DNA of 64,000 nt, taken from assembly GCA_013239625.1 (NCBI GenBank), contig MU053881.1, forward strand, positions 1 to 64,000, written 5' to 3'. Source of the stretch: Lama guanicoe. Lineage: Eukaryota. The translations under genes and the position numbers were made by a program. Each line of letters opens with the position of its first letter. Positions within the stretch are counted from its first letter, which is position 1. The notes beneath the pieces were generated by a model. The model was not told where the DNA came from and made no database searches. It worked only from the letters and a program-made list of their open reading frames with translations. This document shows positions 23,891 to 38,054 of the stretch, piece by piece.

Positions 23891-26800
23891 ATATTACTTT
23901 ATACATTTGTACAGTGTGAAAATTTGAAGCATGAGTATGCTCGTAATTACTCCTGTCTTTTGCTTTCTTCCTAAGATCATCTGAACAGATTATTGGTCAA
24001 AATGAGGGAAACATTCTAAAACTTGACCTAGGCAGGTCATGTGGTGCCTAAAATCTCCACTTCTCCCTGGAGACGGAATGCAATAAAAACAGTATGAATA
24101 TTTAGCAGGTTGGTTTTCCTTAATTGTTTCATCAGCCTTTTGCTTTAATTTCTTTTTTCTCCATGGTTTGTTAATATTATCGTTGTAAAGTGGGTCTAAA
24201 TATAGAAATGGGAGCATAGTTTGTAGCCTTTCCCATTAGCTACCTCATGAGTGAAGGGAAACTCTACCTATGTCAAGTCTGCCCTCAGGATCTGCTTAGA
24301 CTGGAGAGGTCGGCCTGCGCCGGCGGGGACATCCCGTCTAAACTGCTGCTCTGACTGAGCGAGGCCAGCTTATGGCCAAACCCACACGAGCATCCAAAGA
24401 CAGGATGCTTGAGGAGAATAGATGATTCACCCTGTATTTCCGTGAAGACCACAGACAGACGCCCCCCGTCCCGGGGCTGTGGAGACCCTGTGATGTAACT
24501 GCTAGAAGTTGTCCAGAGGCCGTGTTGTGTGGTTTCCAGCGCACCGTCCGACAGCAGGTGTCATTCTCTTCCTTCAGGTTAACTTGGGCTCTTACCTTCC
24601 TGTTTCCCTTTTTGCAAATTTGATAAAATGGAAGCAATGAAGAGATGCACAGTGACTACGTGTTCAAACTTGGCTTGCATTTTCAGTGGTGAAATAAATA
24701 GATTTATGTAATAGTTCAATTCCTCAGGTTGGAAATATTGAACAACAAGGAAATTAAGCTCTCAACCAGGAGCTTTGAACTCGGGCCATGGAAGTAGAAG
24801 CAGCTGATGGGGAGAAAAGGCAGAAACACCAGAAAATGGGCCCCCTATCCAATAATAATTTCCACATTATCTCTGTTACATTGCCCCCAGCCCTACATCA
24901 TCACGTCTGTGTTATCTTCTTGAAAGTTGTCATTAAAATTGAAATACTTTCTGAAGGGGAGAGTGTATTAAACCATTAATAACTATTCACCTTTTAGTCA
25001 GCGTACAATGTTAATTCTCTTAGAAAGTGAGAACCCAGGCTGCAGAAACAGGTGTGGGAAGACCAGAGTCTCGGCTTTGGTACAGCCTGTGGGTGCTCAG
25101 CTCTGAGCAGGAGCAAGGCTCTTATTACAAGCGCCAGGATGGAAAGGGTGAGATCCACGGAACCCACACCCTGCTGTCCACGTAGTGGCTTGAAGCAGTC
25201 GAGCTCCAGAGCAGCAGCAGCAGCTGTGATCAAGGACAAGCCACCGCTGGCAACAAGCAGACTCGGCCACATCCCTTTATGAAGGCACTAGGGACTGCCC
25301 GGGCACCAGGGCTCCCCAGGCTCCCTGCCCACGGGCGGACGCTCTGGGAGGAGGGTCGGGCATTCAGTAAGGCAGCGGGGTGACAGCTGGGAAATACTCA
25401 GAGGGAGGGCGGGTAGAGCGCAGGGAGGTAAGGGCAGGAGTGAGTGCGCCTGAGAGGTTCTGAATTCCAACATGACCCTTATGGTTTATGGTTTCTATGT
25501 ATTGGTTAATCTGTCTGAACCAGAAATGGAGCCCAAAGTCCAAATTATATAAAAACAGTCAAACTACAGGGAAAGAAAGCGTGTAAATCACAAACGGTTT
25601 ATTTTAATCCCTGGAGGCCCTTCACCCTGCCAGCTTAAACCTCTGACATCTAGACTGAATGAAACACGTTATTAATGAGGCCGCAGGGCTTGGTCTGGAT
25701 CCAGTAAGGGACTGTGTGGCCTCCCTTGGCTTTTCGAGGAAGTCCGCTTTTCAGACAGAGGGAGAGAATGAAAAGCCAAGACAGCAAGTAAGTGGTGACT
25801 GTCACAGGCCACATGGGCCGGCTGTCGGGAAAGGCGCTGTGTCCGTGAGTGCCCTCGGGGGCTATGCCTTGGACTTGCCCTTGGAGGCAGGAGCAGGGCT
25901 CAGGCTGGCCCTAAGCTGCCTGGCAGTCAGGGCAGCAGCACCCGCCGTTCAGGAGGGGCACAACCCGAAGACCCTGGAGGGAGCGCCCGGGTGTGTCCCT
26001 GAGGGCCTCTGCCGAGACGGGCGGGGACCCACGCCCAAGACGGCCAGAGCTGGCAGAGATGTTGGAGACCCTGTGCCCCCGGCCCAGGGAGGCAGACCCT
26101 CTGCTCAGCCCAGGGCTCTTTCCCAGCCCTGCCCTTGGAGCTGAACGTGTTTGCCTGGGGCTTTCTGGTGTCCTGGGAAAACCTTCAGTCCCCGGCAAAC
26201 CGGGGAGGTCTGGCACCCTAAGAGTCACGCACTTCTCGATGCCAAGTTCTCAATTTCACTTTAATTCCCACTCGGAGGAGAAAATGCCCAAACTGCGGAA
26301 GCACATGAGAACTGTACGTTCTTGGCTTTAGGGTGGGGATTTTCACTCTTGCCCTAAATTAGGGCAGCTGAGGTGAGGTGTTTCCTGCCTGGTGGAGGCG
26401 GTCACGTGGTGAGGACAGAGGCAGGCCAGAAGCCGCTCTGGGGTCCTTCTGCTCCTAGGAGGACCCGGCTGCCGCGAAGGGGCTTGCCACCACGGCCCAG
26501 GAAGGGCCGCCACTTCCCGGCCCCCTCAGCACAGGCACAGCAGGATGGGCTTCACCGCGGCTTGCCTGGGAGCGTCGCTGTGTCCCCTACGGGGCCGCTG
26601 AGGATGGAGAGATTTAGTACCTGCCTGAGGCAAAGAACTGATACATTGGAGGAGTAAGAGTCTGGCTCCAAAGGCAGCCATATTCTCTCTGTACCAGGCT
26701 GTCTTTTAAGAAGTAAATGCCAGCCAGAATGCTTGAAGGATTTCATAGCTTCTCAAGGACATAGACTGATTCAGCAGGTCAAACCTAAGCAGGATTCTGA

Positions 26801-28494
26801 CCCAGGAAGCCACTCCCGAATCACTTGACTGACTGCCCCAATTACCCTCCGCTGAGTGACTCAGGCGAGGGTGACGCCGCCCTGACACCTCCCACCCGGA
26901 GACGTCTCAGAGCAGCCTGCAAACAGTCACACTGCAGGACAGGCCCTTGTGATTCCGTTTATGTTGATCATGTTACATCAGCTGACACATGTCTTAAAAA
27001 CAGTTTTGAATAAAGGGAAAATCACACAGAGAGCAAGCCAGCTGTGCCAGAAGAGCTGGGAACAGGGCTGCTCTGGGCCTCGTGCAGGCAAAGTGCTGGA
27101 CTGGGTGGCGCCCACGCGCCGCAGCGCAAGCCCCCGCACCACGCAGTGATGCCCGCCTCGCCCACGTCTTGGAATTCCCAGGCTGGACAAGAAGTTCAAG
27201 ACCTTAAAGGTCACGTCAGCAAAGTCTGGCAGAACTTCAGTCATTTCAAGGGCTAACCACTGACTTTAAGTTGTAAAAAGGGGATTAACTCCTTTACATG
27301 GATTCTGAAGTCCTGAAAAGTTTGGCGCATTTTCTGGTTTGTGAATTTTTTTTTCCAGTAATAGTAAGAGAAGGACAAGGCATGTACAGTCTCCTGAGTG
27401 CATTTTAAAGCTATGCAAATATTATTCTTTTACAGACGAGAAGAAAAACTGAGCCTTCCATCGACACTTCCCCACACAGGTAGAGACAAAAGGAAGCATG
27501 AGTCACTTCTGTTGGCTCTGGGCTGGACTGAACAGCTCAGATTTGAAGTCACTGCACCCACTCTGCCAGCATCCTCGGGGTTGCTCACCCAACACTAACC
27601 CTGTTCACAGGATGCACCTGTGGTCAGAGTAGTAAACTCACAGTGGACCGTGTGTCAGGGACCCTGTCAGAGACAACAGAGCCTTTTCCTAGGAGGAGTG
27701 CTTTCTAAAAAAAATGCATCTGCCTGAGAAATTAAACTCTAACCTCTGAGAGAGACAGACTCTGGGTACGGTGCACACAGTACGGAGGGTACTCATGGAA
27801 ACAGAGGCCTGTAGAAGCCAAGTGCATCCGAAACAGCCTGGGGGCTTAGCCAGCACTCAAGGTCCTCTCTGTTGAAAGCTGACGGTGAAGGTTAGAAGGT
27901 GAGGGAAGTTTTTAAAGGTACTGAGCGCACCCAAGCAATGGTAGCTCTTCTTCTAATCCTGTTAGTCCTCTAATGATGCCATGTATATTTATCACTCCCT
28001 AATTTGTCTGAAATATTTATGAACCAGTTTACATTTTCAAGTTGCCATCAATTCTGATACAACAATGTTTTTTTCTTTTCTGGAGTCCTTTGGGTCTCAT
28101 GGTTCTAGAACGTGGGGTTTGCTAATCAGCTCTGCATTTAGCCCCCCATTTCCCTGCATAGAGACTACTTCCAGCACAAGGAGACTCAGTGGTGATTGTT
28201 CCAGTGGATTTATAAAGTTGTCTCACCACCACAGTTTAGTGAAGTAAGAGTGGGTTCAAATTTCAAAACAGAGAAGAAGAAAGAAAACAAAAACACATTT
28301 TTTTCTGATCTAGAGAAAGCCCCATAGCTGCACTAGGAATTCTGCAAAATAGATCGTGGGGTTTGCTGAAAGTTAAGTGAAATATCTGGAAGCTATGAAG
28401 GGATGTTAAAGGCAAAGCAACTACACCTTGCATTTATCCCCAAGTTTAAAGTTTACAAGGCTGTCTGATATCTAGTTTCTCATTTGATTTTTGC

Positions 28495-28600
28495 AAACAT
28501 CCTTAAAGCAGTCGGAACAAGTATTACTGTTGCGTCCATTTGCACGGGAGGAAATGAAGAGTCAAGTTACCAGCCCCAAATCACACTGACGTTTAGTGAT
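28495..28600. mobile_element. MIR fragment
   Basis: aacatcct...tattactgtt...ccatttgcacgggaggaaatgaag resembles the MIR core. Confidence 0.4.
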
Positions 28601-31591
28601 ACAACTGACCTGGGGCTGTGAAGTGAGAAAAAATCTACTAGCTTCACTACACAATTAAGTGAATCATTCAAGAGCTTATTGGAGGCATCTTTACTTTGCA
28701 TCTTGACTCCTAGATTTTCCCAAAGCTTTCTGTCAAAAACCCGTACATCTTTCTCAGGAGACTCTCTGCTAATTACCTTATCCAGTCCAGTGAGAAACCT
28801 GATTAAATTTTCAAATTCATCCTTTTGCATAAAACCTTTTATATGTTGAAAGCAGCATGGTGGGGGGGGTCGTGCACACACATGCATATATGTTCCATTT
28901 TGACACCATTGCAAGGACTTAAACTTCACTTAGAGGAATGAGTTAGTACAACAGGGACCTCAAAAACAGTATGTCCCAAGGCTGAGATCTTCATTTAATG
29001 CTAGGCTAGATGGCAGTGCCCAAAGCAGTGAGCTGTTCCGGGCTTCGTCGTATTTTCTTTGCAAAACAGGAAATTGGACTGAGCTGCTTAAATCATTTTT
29101 CGAAGAGGAGCTTAACTTAGAAAATAGATAAAATAGGGGCAGTGCCGATGTGAGGGACGGGGAGTGTGGTCCGTCCCTCGGTCCCCAGGCCCCCCAACCC
29201 AGGCTGTGCTCCTTCAGATTGAAACAGCGTCTCTTCCATGTCTGCAACCTGGGATTTAAGCCATGGTAGCCACTTCTCTACACTCCCCCCGCTGTGGTTT
29301 AATATTTAATCCAAAGACACACGTTGTGTTGACTCAACACACAAGCTTGCCTCTGTCCACCAGCCTCGTCACCGACTTAACCCGCCATTTCCGAGAATCA
29401 CACCCCATTTCCTGGAGCCTGTTGACGGTGGCTCCACACTGTCGATCTGTCACCCGTGGCTGGGGAGGGATGTTCTCAGAAGTTAAGGTGTGTTGAGGAA
29501 TCTGCATGGTACGCTTTGGCAGTGGGCCAGGGAGCGAGGGGACTCGGCCACCTTGGGCTGAAACCCACACCCATGCTTCTGCTGCACAACCACCTGCCTC
29601 CGTTCGCGGACACACTGTGTTCCGAAGACACAAACCACAAAAACAAAAATCCTTGACGGTGTTGATTGTGTAACTGGTGATTTTCCAGAAAGGAAGCTAA
29701 AACATACTGTCACGCATTCAACAGAGGAAGCACCAGGAGGTTTCTAACCTTTGCACCGTGTTTGCTGGCAGACGTGTGAATTACTATAAACGCGCTCTCA
29801 GGAGCCGAAGTGCTCATCCAGAAGGAGACGCCGCCTAGGCCTCAGGTTGGAGGCACCCGTGCTACATCCAGGTGTTAACGTGAGAACTGGAGGACAGAAC
29901 CAGGTCTGCCACTGCCTTACCATTCGCCACCCACAGTCCACACTGCGCCAGGCTCTGCAATCGCCTGTGGGCACGAGGCAGAGATAGAGGGCGTGTGGCC
30001 CACAGCCAGCCAGCACATGCCGAGCCTAAAATCTGAAGCAGGAAACCTTGATTATTAGCTACGATAAGGGCTGAAGGGCAGCTTGTTCAGTTCTAATTTA
30101 TTAGTGCATAACATGAGACATTGAAGTTTGAAATGTGATTTTTTTCCTCTTGCAAAATGTTTCTTTTAAAAAAGAGTCTCATCTTAGGTGCCACTGACAT
30201 TAGCTATGACTCTGATAATTTGAGAAAATTTTGAAAATGAACTAGGTGACCAGATATCCCCAAAAGTGACACTTGGATAAATAAATCACATCATTCTGTA
30301 TTACAGCAAAATCACTGCTTAAGAGGACATGATTATTGCGTCTGAGCGAGTGCGTGGAACCGCTGTCTGGATCTGCTCTGGAAGGAGGCGCTTGCTGGAC
30401 TCCTGCAGGGGAGGGAGACGCGCTCCAGACACAGCCTCGTGGTGCCTTGAAATCCACAAACCGCACAAGAGCTCCTGGTTTTCGTGCCCTCGATCAAAAC
30501 ACGTGAGTCATCACTCTTGATCCCGCTCAAAGACGTCTTTCTTCAGAATTTCCAGGTGTAAAGGCCCATAAAAATCATGATGTAGGTAATTTTAAAGTAT
30601 AGAACACGTTTCTCTTCAAAGACCGACCTCAGTGTCTCCAGGCAATGCTTCTTGTCTCGCTGGAGCGCTGACGAAATGTGCCTTTCAACAGAAGCACGCT
30701 GCCAGTGGTCTCCTACGCCCTTCACTCCAGCTATAGTCCTGTTACTCCTCGACGCTCCTTTTAGCCTGATCTTATCCACACAGCTAATACTCATCAAGGA
30801 CCTATTCTGTGCCGGGTTCCAGAGCGCTAAGTGCTTTGTGTTTAGTGCTGTTCACCAAGTACGGCTCGCAACGCCACGTGGTACTCACGGCGGGACCTCA
30901 GCTCCCAGGACCACACAGCTGCCAAAGGCAGAATCGTGGTTCAGATCTGGATCTGAGCAGCCGCTGAACGTAGAAATGAACTAACAGAAGCGTCTGTGTG
31001 CCCGAAGGCCTCCTCAAGTCAACCCTCCTCTTTGTAAGGAAAATTTTCCTGTGAATTTTAAACTTCAAGCACTTTCAGGGTGGCAGGCAGAAATCTAGAG
31101 CTGAGCTGTGCACAAGCACACAAGCTGGTTACTGCACCCCTCGCCCCCGGCGTGTTCCTGTACAGCCCCCCACCTGCGACGGTGACTCGTTCAGGTGGGT
31201 CAGGTCTGCAGATGCAAGAACCAGATGAGAAAAAGTGCAGTGAGGGCCCTGACAGTGTGGGAGACGCCGGAGTGGGGACACATGGACTGCCTCTTCAAGA
31301 GTAAAGGAGGGATTTTTCACAGAGCAGAAAGATAATTGGGGTCAGAGTTCAATGCCCAGGGTGAGTGCGAGGACATATTACATTTGGGAGCCGCTATTCC
31401 ATAGGTATGGCTAGAGGGACTGGAAACAGAGGAGGCGGGACATGGAGGTAGGACTGATGGTGGAAGGCCGGCATACAGCAGGTACCGGAGACAAGCCGAG
31501 TCCTGGAGCAAGGGCTGCTGTCCCCTCCCACTGCATGCACTTCTCTGCCTGAAAGGTGTGTGACCCGCAGGTTCTGCGACACCACCGCTAG

Positions 31592-31615
31592 CTAACCCTA
31601 ACCCTAACCCTAACC
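31592..31615 (-). repeat. Short interstitial telomeric tract (CCCTAA)4
   Basis: ctaaccctaaccctaaccctaacc. Confidence 0.9.
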
Positions 31616-32544
31616 AGCCACATCAATACAAAGGAAAATCATGTCTTGGAAACGGTGCAGCTGAGCACTTCTGGGACCACTAAGACCACCTTTACTAAGT
31701 AAGGCAAAAAGAAAATTGTAACTCAGAAAACTTATCTGTTAACTAGATACCCTCAGTGTCAGAGATGTAAGAAGAGTTTCAGCAGCCTGTAATTCCATGT
31801 GATTTCTTCCCAGGCACACATCATACATAATGGTGCTTTGTAATCACAGCTTTTCCTTCTGTTTTTGCTGGTGATGGGAGAGGGGGCGGGGGAGCGGTGC
31901 TTCAAGTCCACCAAGTGTTTCAGTTCCTTCTCAGTTTTGTCTTTTTTTCCCCCTCTTCCCTGGTTTTTGAACACGGCAGCCTTTGTCACTTCAAACCCTG
32001 TGAGTTTTCTTTTCTCTTTAAAAAGAAAATTATAATAAGCTTTCAATTAAAATGCAGCAAATCTGAAACATTGTGTTCTGCAGAAGCGAGATGGACAGAG
32101 ACAGCTTGTCTTCACTTTTTCTTGCAGTGGCCTTCGCCTTGAATGCACACAGCCACTTCCCGTAGGCCTGACCCTGAAACCCCCATGGGCCTGGCCGTTT
32201 CTTTCTTCTTCTAGTACCTTCTGTACGTGCAATATCTTGTTTTAATCTCGGTGAGAGGAGAACCAGCGTAGGTCTGATAGAGCCATGCCCTGGGTGCTTC
32301 TGTTTCTAGCAAACGCTATTTTATAGCAAACATTATCCCTGACAATTATTTTGTTTCTTTGAAAAACAAATATCTATAACTTTAAACTTTTGATTTATAA
32401 CATAATAAGTTTCTCTTTCCTCTTAGTGTTACCTCTCTGGTATTATTTGAAATTTAGTTTTGTTTCTAAAATCACACCATAATCATTCTTAGATTCCTTA
32501 AGCAACTAAGTTCCGTTTTACTGAAGGCAAAATAATATAACAAC

Positions 32545-32910
32545 AAGAAAGAAAAATACCATATGAGAACGCTCATATGTGGAATTAAAAAAAAAAGAAC
32601 ATAAATACAAAACAGAAACAGACTCACAGACATAGAACACAAACTTGTGGTTGCCAGAGGGGAGGAGGGTGGGAAGGGACAGACTGGAAGTTCAAAATCT
32701 GTAGATACTGACAGGTATATATAGAATAGATAAACAAGATTATACTGTATAGCACAGGGAAATGTATACAAGATCTTGTGGCAGCTCATGCATCTTGTGA
32801 AAAAAATGTGGCAATGAATATATGTATACTCATGTGTAACTGAAAAATTGTGCTCTACACTGGAAATTGACACAACATTGTAAACTGACTATAACTCAAT
32901 TGAAAAAAAT
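32545..32910 (+). mobile_element. 5'-truncated young L1 3' end (camelid-type)
   Basis: Near-identical to 58650-59010 (aacagactcacagacatagaa...ttgtgctctacactgg...gactataactcaat), with an A tail. Confidence 0.85.
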
Positions 32911-34339
32911 TTAACAATATTTATTTTTAAAAAATAAGCTCTTGAAAATGAGTAAGCAGTATCTCACCTAAGGCTGAGTATTTGTAAGCGTTACTTTTGT
33001 TCCGGGGGAGAAAAACCGGTCTGTTCTCTTCCCATTGCTTCGTGGGAGCAGCCAGAGCCCCATTCATGAATAATCTAGCTGTAACCTTTCGTTGAGTCTG
33101 TGCATACAGAAAGGGTAATAAGTAGATACTGAGGAAAGTTCTGCTTCATTCCAATAACAGCCTCAGTTTTTCTCAACAAACTTCTTTTTCCAGCAGTAGA
33201 ATCCCAGACCTCTTAGAGAATGTACTTCTCACAAGCTAACCTGGGAAATCCTTTTTCTGTCATATACACAAAGGGAACACGTGAAGATGAGCCAAAACCA
33301 GAGACACACCTCCAAGCCTGAAACCTGTTTGTGAGATCTATTTCGATCTCTGCTGTAGAGCTCTCTGCTTCTTGTTATTAATCATTTAATACTTTTTTAA
33401 AAATTGAAATTAATTTATTCCAAGGTTTAGCATATTTTTAGTGTAAAAATGTTCAAATCTGTCTGTGCCCTTCTGTTCCCCAGACCTGTTGTCAGATTAA
33501 CCGTAGCTCAACTTTCGTTTTCTGTCTTTTGTACAACAGATGGTGCCCCCCTCTCCTCTCTCTTCCTAGGTCTGCGAGAGGACGCTCTGGGGTGGCCTGT
33601 CCACCTGCCGGCTGTGAAGGCGCACACCTCCCCTCCACAAGTTCCAGCATGTCCCTGTGACTCACTTCATCACCCCCAAGGGTTCCAAAGGGGAGAGGAG
33701 AGAGCAGGCAAGGAGGTCGTAGCCCTGCGTATCAGCCAGTCCTGCAGAGTATCTGTATGTGACAAGCTCTGGCGAGTAGCAATCATTTCGCGCCGAGCAC
33801 ACATGCCTGCACAATGCTGTTGGCCCAGGTCTCCTGGTCACTAGACTCTTCCATCTACAGAAGGGAATTACAAGGATCACTAAGTAATTTTAGGTCTACA
33901 AAAGGTGAAAGGTGTTTACTAAGACACTGAGGGGAGAATGGAAGCAAACAGCTTCGCCCAGGTCACAACTCTAAGTCTCTCTCACTGCGTGTTAATTGGA
34001 GGAATCGGCTGGCTCTCTCCCTCGGAAATCTCCCAGAGCAGAGCCTCCGGTCCATCCTTGGATGAAAGCCTGGCATATTAGACACCATGGCCTCCACTTA
34101 GGGCTTTTAATGGTTTTGCTTGGCTGCCACAGACCCAAATGCTCAGCCAGACATTGGAATCCCCATGAGTCAAATCGAAACTTTCTCTTAAAGTCTCCTT
34201 GAAGAGACTCATTTTTCTTGCCCCGCAATTATGTGTTCTTCATCCACCCCGGTAACACACAGTGCTCGCTGTTGCCTTCAAGACAAGACTCACGTGTTCC
34301 TCTGCTCTTTGCATCCCTCCCTCAGCCTGCAGCAGGCAG

Positions 34340-34700
34340 GCAGGCTTGGTTATGCTGTGGTAACAAGCAATCCTCAAACCTCAAAGACGCTTCTCCACAG
34401 CGTATGTGCTCAAGTGTCGGGTGGGAGGAAGCTCAATTCTGTGTCGTCCAAACTCAGAACCCAGGGCCGGGGAGGTGTTGTTAATAACCCCCCAGTTGCT
34501 GGCGCAGGTGTTAAGAGCAGAGTGTGAGGACTCTCGAGGGCCATGCTGTCCTGCAGGTGAGTAACGAGGCAAGTGCACCACCTCCCCGGGCCTGAGCCAT
34601 CCCCAGGACCCCACCTCCGAGAGAAAGCTTTGTGAAGGAGCTGGGACCTCGGGGCAAGGACCACAGCAGCCCACCTTGGCCAGCAGAGCAGTGAGTACCT
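34340..34700. mobile_element. Old MaLR (MLT1-type) LTR
   Basis: Starts ggttatgctgtggtaacaagcaatcctcaaacctca, typical of old MLT1 LTRs. Confidence 0.45.
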
Positions 34701-35559
34701 ACTGACTGAGCCAGCGGGAAGCGGGAAGGCAGGAGAACCTACGGACAGTTCACATGGGGCAGCTCTGCAGGGCACTGAGCGAGGGAAGGCGGCTGGGACC
34801 TCCAGCACGTTCAGTCACTGCGCTTCCGTGATGGTCACAGCGACCTCCAATGAGTCTACGGTAAGTGCGAATTTGCCTTTTTATTGTATATCATGGCCAT
34901 GGAGCGTCTGTCTCGTAGGTATTCCAGCAAGAATCCAGGGCCTATACGTTCCGTGGTTGGTTCTCTCTCTGTATGCATGAGTAATTTGCCTGCCGTTTCT
35001 CAGGGCTCACAGTAGTGTACTAACAACTAATTTGAGTTCTGTGATACTCTGCAAAACTAGCACTCGGCCCTTAGTAAAGGCTTCCCTATGTTCTTCCAAG
35101 TGTGTTTGGAAGGACCACAGGTGTGCAGCGATAAGTAGGTGACACCCCAGACAAGAGAGCCCTCTGGTGGAAACTGGTTGAACTGGACCATTGCTTGTCT
35201 GCCCCGCAGGCCTGAGCTCTGATCAAAGAATGAAATGTCTGTTCAGGTCACTGACTGTTTTAAATCCAACTCCACCTCAGCCAAGGGTGTCAGGGCCTCA
35301 GAGGTCACAATGGATTTCCATCTTCCCTCCCACCTGGGAAGGGTGGCGCTGGCTCTCTCTGCCTGGACACAGATGTCCGCCTGGATAGTCAGAGGTCAAG
35401 GGCTGTCCTAATGTTGCCCCCTTGGATGGGAGGAAGGAAGTCCCGGGAGGGCCCCACCAGCCCTCAAAAGGCTGCAGCTGGGCCCTGGCAGGTTGCTGCC
35501 CCCAGTCTGTATAAACCGACACGTGTCTACTGAGGGCCCTGCGTGTCAGGGCTGTGTGA

Positions 35560-38045
35560 CCACCATACCGTTTTCCACGGTGGCTTTCCACAATTTACTT
35601 TATTCCTTTAGATCGCAGAATAAGATGGCAGTTCGTGGATGTAGTCCCATCTGTTTATCTGTTCACTCTTTGACGGATATTTCAATTGTTCTGCCTTTTG
35701 ACCACGGTGAACAGTGCTGCTATGAATATTCATGCAGACATTTTTTGTTTGAACATCTGGTTTTAATGCTTTGGAGTCTAGATATAGGAGTGGAGTTTTT
35801 GAACCCTATGGTAACTGTATTTTTACCTTTTTGAGGAAATGACAATTGTACACATAGGCTGCACCATTTTCCTTTCTACGAGCAATATGTAAGGATTTCA
35901 ATTTCCCTACGTTGTTGCCAGCATCCGTTGTTTTTAGTTTTCTTGACTGCAGGCATTCTGGCGTGGGGGGGGGGCGTGGCGTTGTGGGGTAAACGTGCAT
36001 TTCCGTGACGACTCATGATGTTTAACATCTTTTCCTGTGCTTCTTGACTGCACCTCTTGTCTGGAGAAAGGTCTATTCAGGTCCTTTTTCCATTTTAAAA
36101 CTTGGGTTGTTTGTCTTTTTGTGGATAAATTGTAAACCTCGATATATTCTGGATAAAGGCTCACTCCAGATATGTAACGTGCCGGTGTTTTCTTCCGTTC
36201 TTGGGCTGTCTTGTTACTTCCTGGGTAGCACCTTTGGTGCACAAAGGTTTTTAATTTTGAGGAAATTCAATTTACCTTTTCTCTTGCTGCTTCTGCTTTG
36301 GTATCAGATCTAAGAAAATTGCTGAATCCAAGGTCACGATGATTTAGCCCCATTGCTCTGTCTCTCCGTTTCTTTGGGGTATTGGTGCCAGGACACCCTG
36401 TGGACATGCAAATCTGTAGGTTCTTTTACATAAAATGGCATAGTATTTGCAAATAATCTAAGCATGCCTTCCTGTATACTTTAAATCACCTCTAGGTACC
36501 TGAATACTTGTTTCAGTGTGAATAATATGTAAATAGCTGTGAAGAAAGTGTAAATGTTATTTAAAGAGTTGCTGTCAAGGGACAAAGTCAAGTTTTTCTT
36601 CATGGAACTTTCTGGAACTATGTCGTTGTGTGTGGGTTTTGTTTTGTTTTGTTTTGTTTTCTCTACCTGAAGTTGGTTGAATCTGCAGGTGTGGAACCTG
36701 CAGATAGGGAGGGCTGACTGTAATTTTGCCTCTTCTTAAATTTAAACTTTTTAGCTATCTTGAGTTAATTGTGTATGTGGTGTGAAGATCCAATTTCATT
36801 CCTTTGCACATAGATAGCCAATTGCCCGGCACCATTTCCCCAATTTAATGCTGGCCACTGTTGTCAAAAATCAGTTGATCCTAGGTGGACGGGTTCATTT
36901 CCAGGCTCTCTATTCAAGTCCATTGATCTATCAGTGTATATTTATGCCAATCTCACATTGTTTTACTGACTATTGCTTTGTGCTAAGATTTGAAAGTGGG
37001 AAATGTGAGCCTCCAACTTTGATTTTATTTTTCAGGGTTGTTTTGGCTCTTTGGCGTCCCCTGTAATTCCACACGTAGAGTAGAATAGGCTTGTGTGTTT
37101 CTCCCCAAAGGCCTTGGGATTTTTCACAGGACCACACCGAGTCTGCAGCTTGCATTATGTATTACTGCCATCTTAACAAGATTCAGCCTTTCTATCCCCA
37201 TGGGACGTCTCCATATTCACTCAGCATTTCTTTACTTAGCAATGCTTTATAATTCTCAGTGTACCAGCCTTGCAGCCTCATTGAATCTGTTGCAAACTAT
37301 TGTATTAATGCTGACATTAGTTAAAAGGGAATTGTTTTCTTTAATTCCTTTTCAAGTTATTAATTGCTGTTGTCTACAAATAAAATCAATTTTTTGTTTA
37401 TTCATATTTTGCTCTGTAGTTTTGCTGAATTAGTTTAGGGGCTCAAGTAATTTTTTGTTGATTCTTTAGGAAGGTCTACATATAAGACGATGTGAGCTGT
37501 GTCTTTGCATAGAGATACTTCGGCTTTCCCCTTTCACAGGTGGTTGCATTTCCCTTCTGTCCTTCTTGCTTTTTGTAGAGATGCCTGTACAGAGCAGATA
37601 GCAGTGGGGAAAGCCAGCATCGTGGCCTTATTCTCGATTTCAGGGGTAACCCTTTGGTTCTTCCACACTGAGTGTGATGTTTGCTGTGGGTTTTGTATAA
37701 AGCTCGATCATACTGAACACATTTCCTTTTACCCTTACTTCTTGAATGTTTATATCATGGAATAGAACTGTTTAAAGTTTTTCCTGCATCATTTGACGTA
37801 GCCACGTGTTTTTACGTCACAGTCACTGGGGCGTATTAAGCTGCCCGACTTTAACATGTTGGACAGCCTGGAGCTCAGCTGCGGAGTCGCTGCTTGCAGT
37901 GCGTCGTCCTTTGAATGTGCTTTTGGCTTCACGTTGCTATTATTTTGTGGAGGATACTCATACTGTATGCAGAAGGGACACTGGTCTGTGGTTTTCTTTC
38001 TTTAACGTGTGTTTGTGTGATTTGATTAGACTGGGGTTGGTGTCA
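35560..38045 (-). mobile_element. Old L1 (L1MB/MC-like) ORF2-3'UTR fragment, antisense, ending abruptly at telomere-like repeats
   Basis: Minus-strand translations match decayed ORF2 (AKTTLKNKIKVGGSHFPLSNLSTKQ; QVLKWKKDLNRPFSRQE). Confidence 0.8.
36355..36722. mobile_element. MER2-like TcMar-Tigger element nested in the L1
   Basis: ataaaatggcatagtatttgca...ttggttgaatctgcaggtgtggaacctgcagatagggagggctgactgta matches the MER2 terminus and ends in TA. Confidence 0.7.
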
Positions 38046-38054
38046 GTTGCCTAG

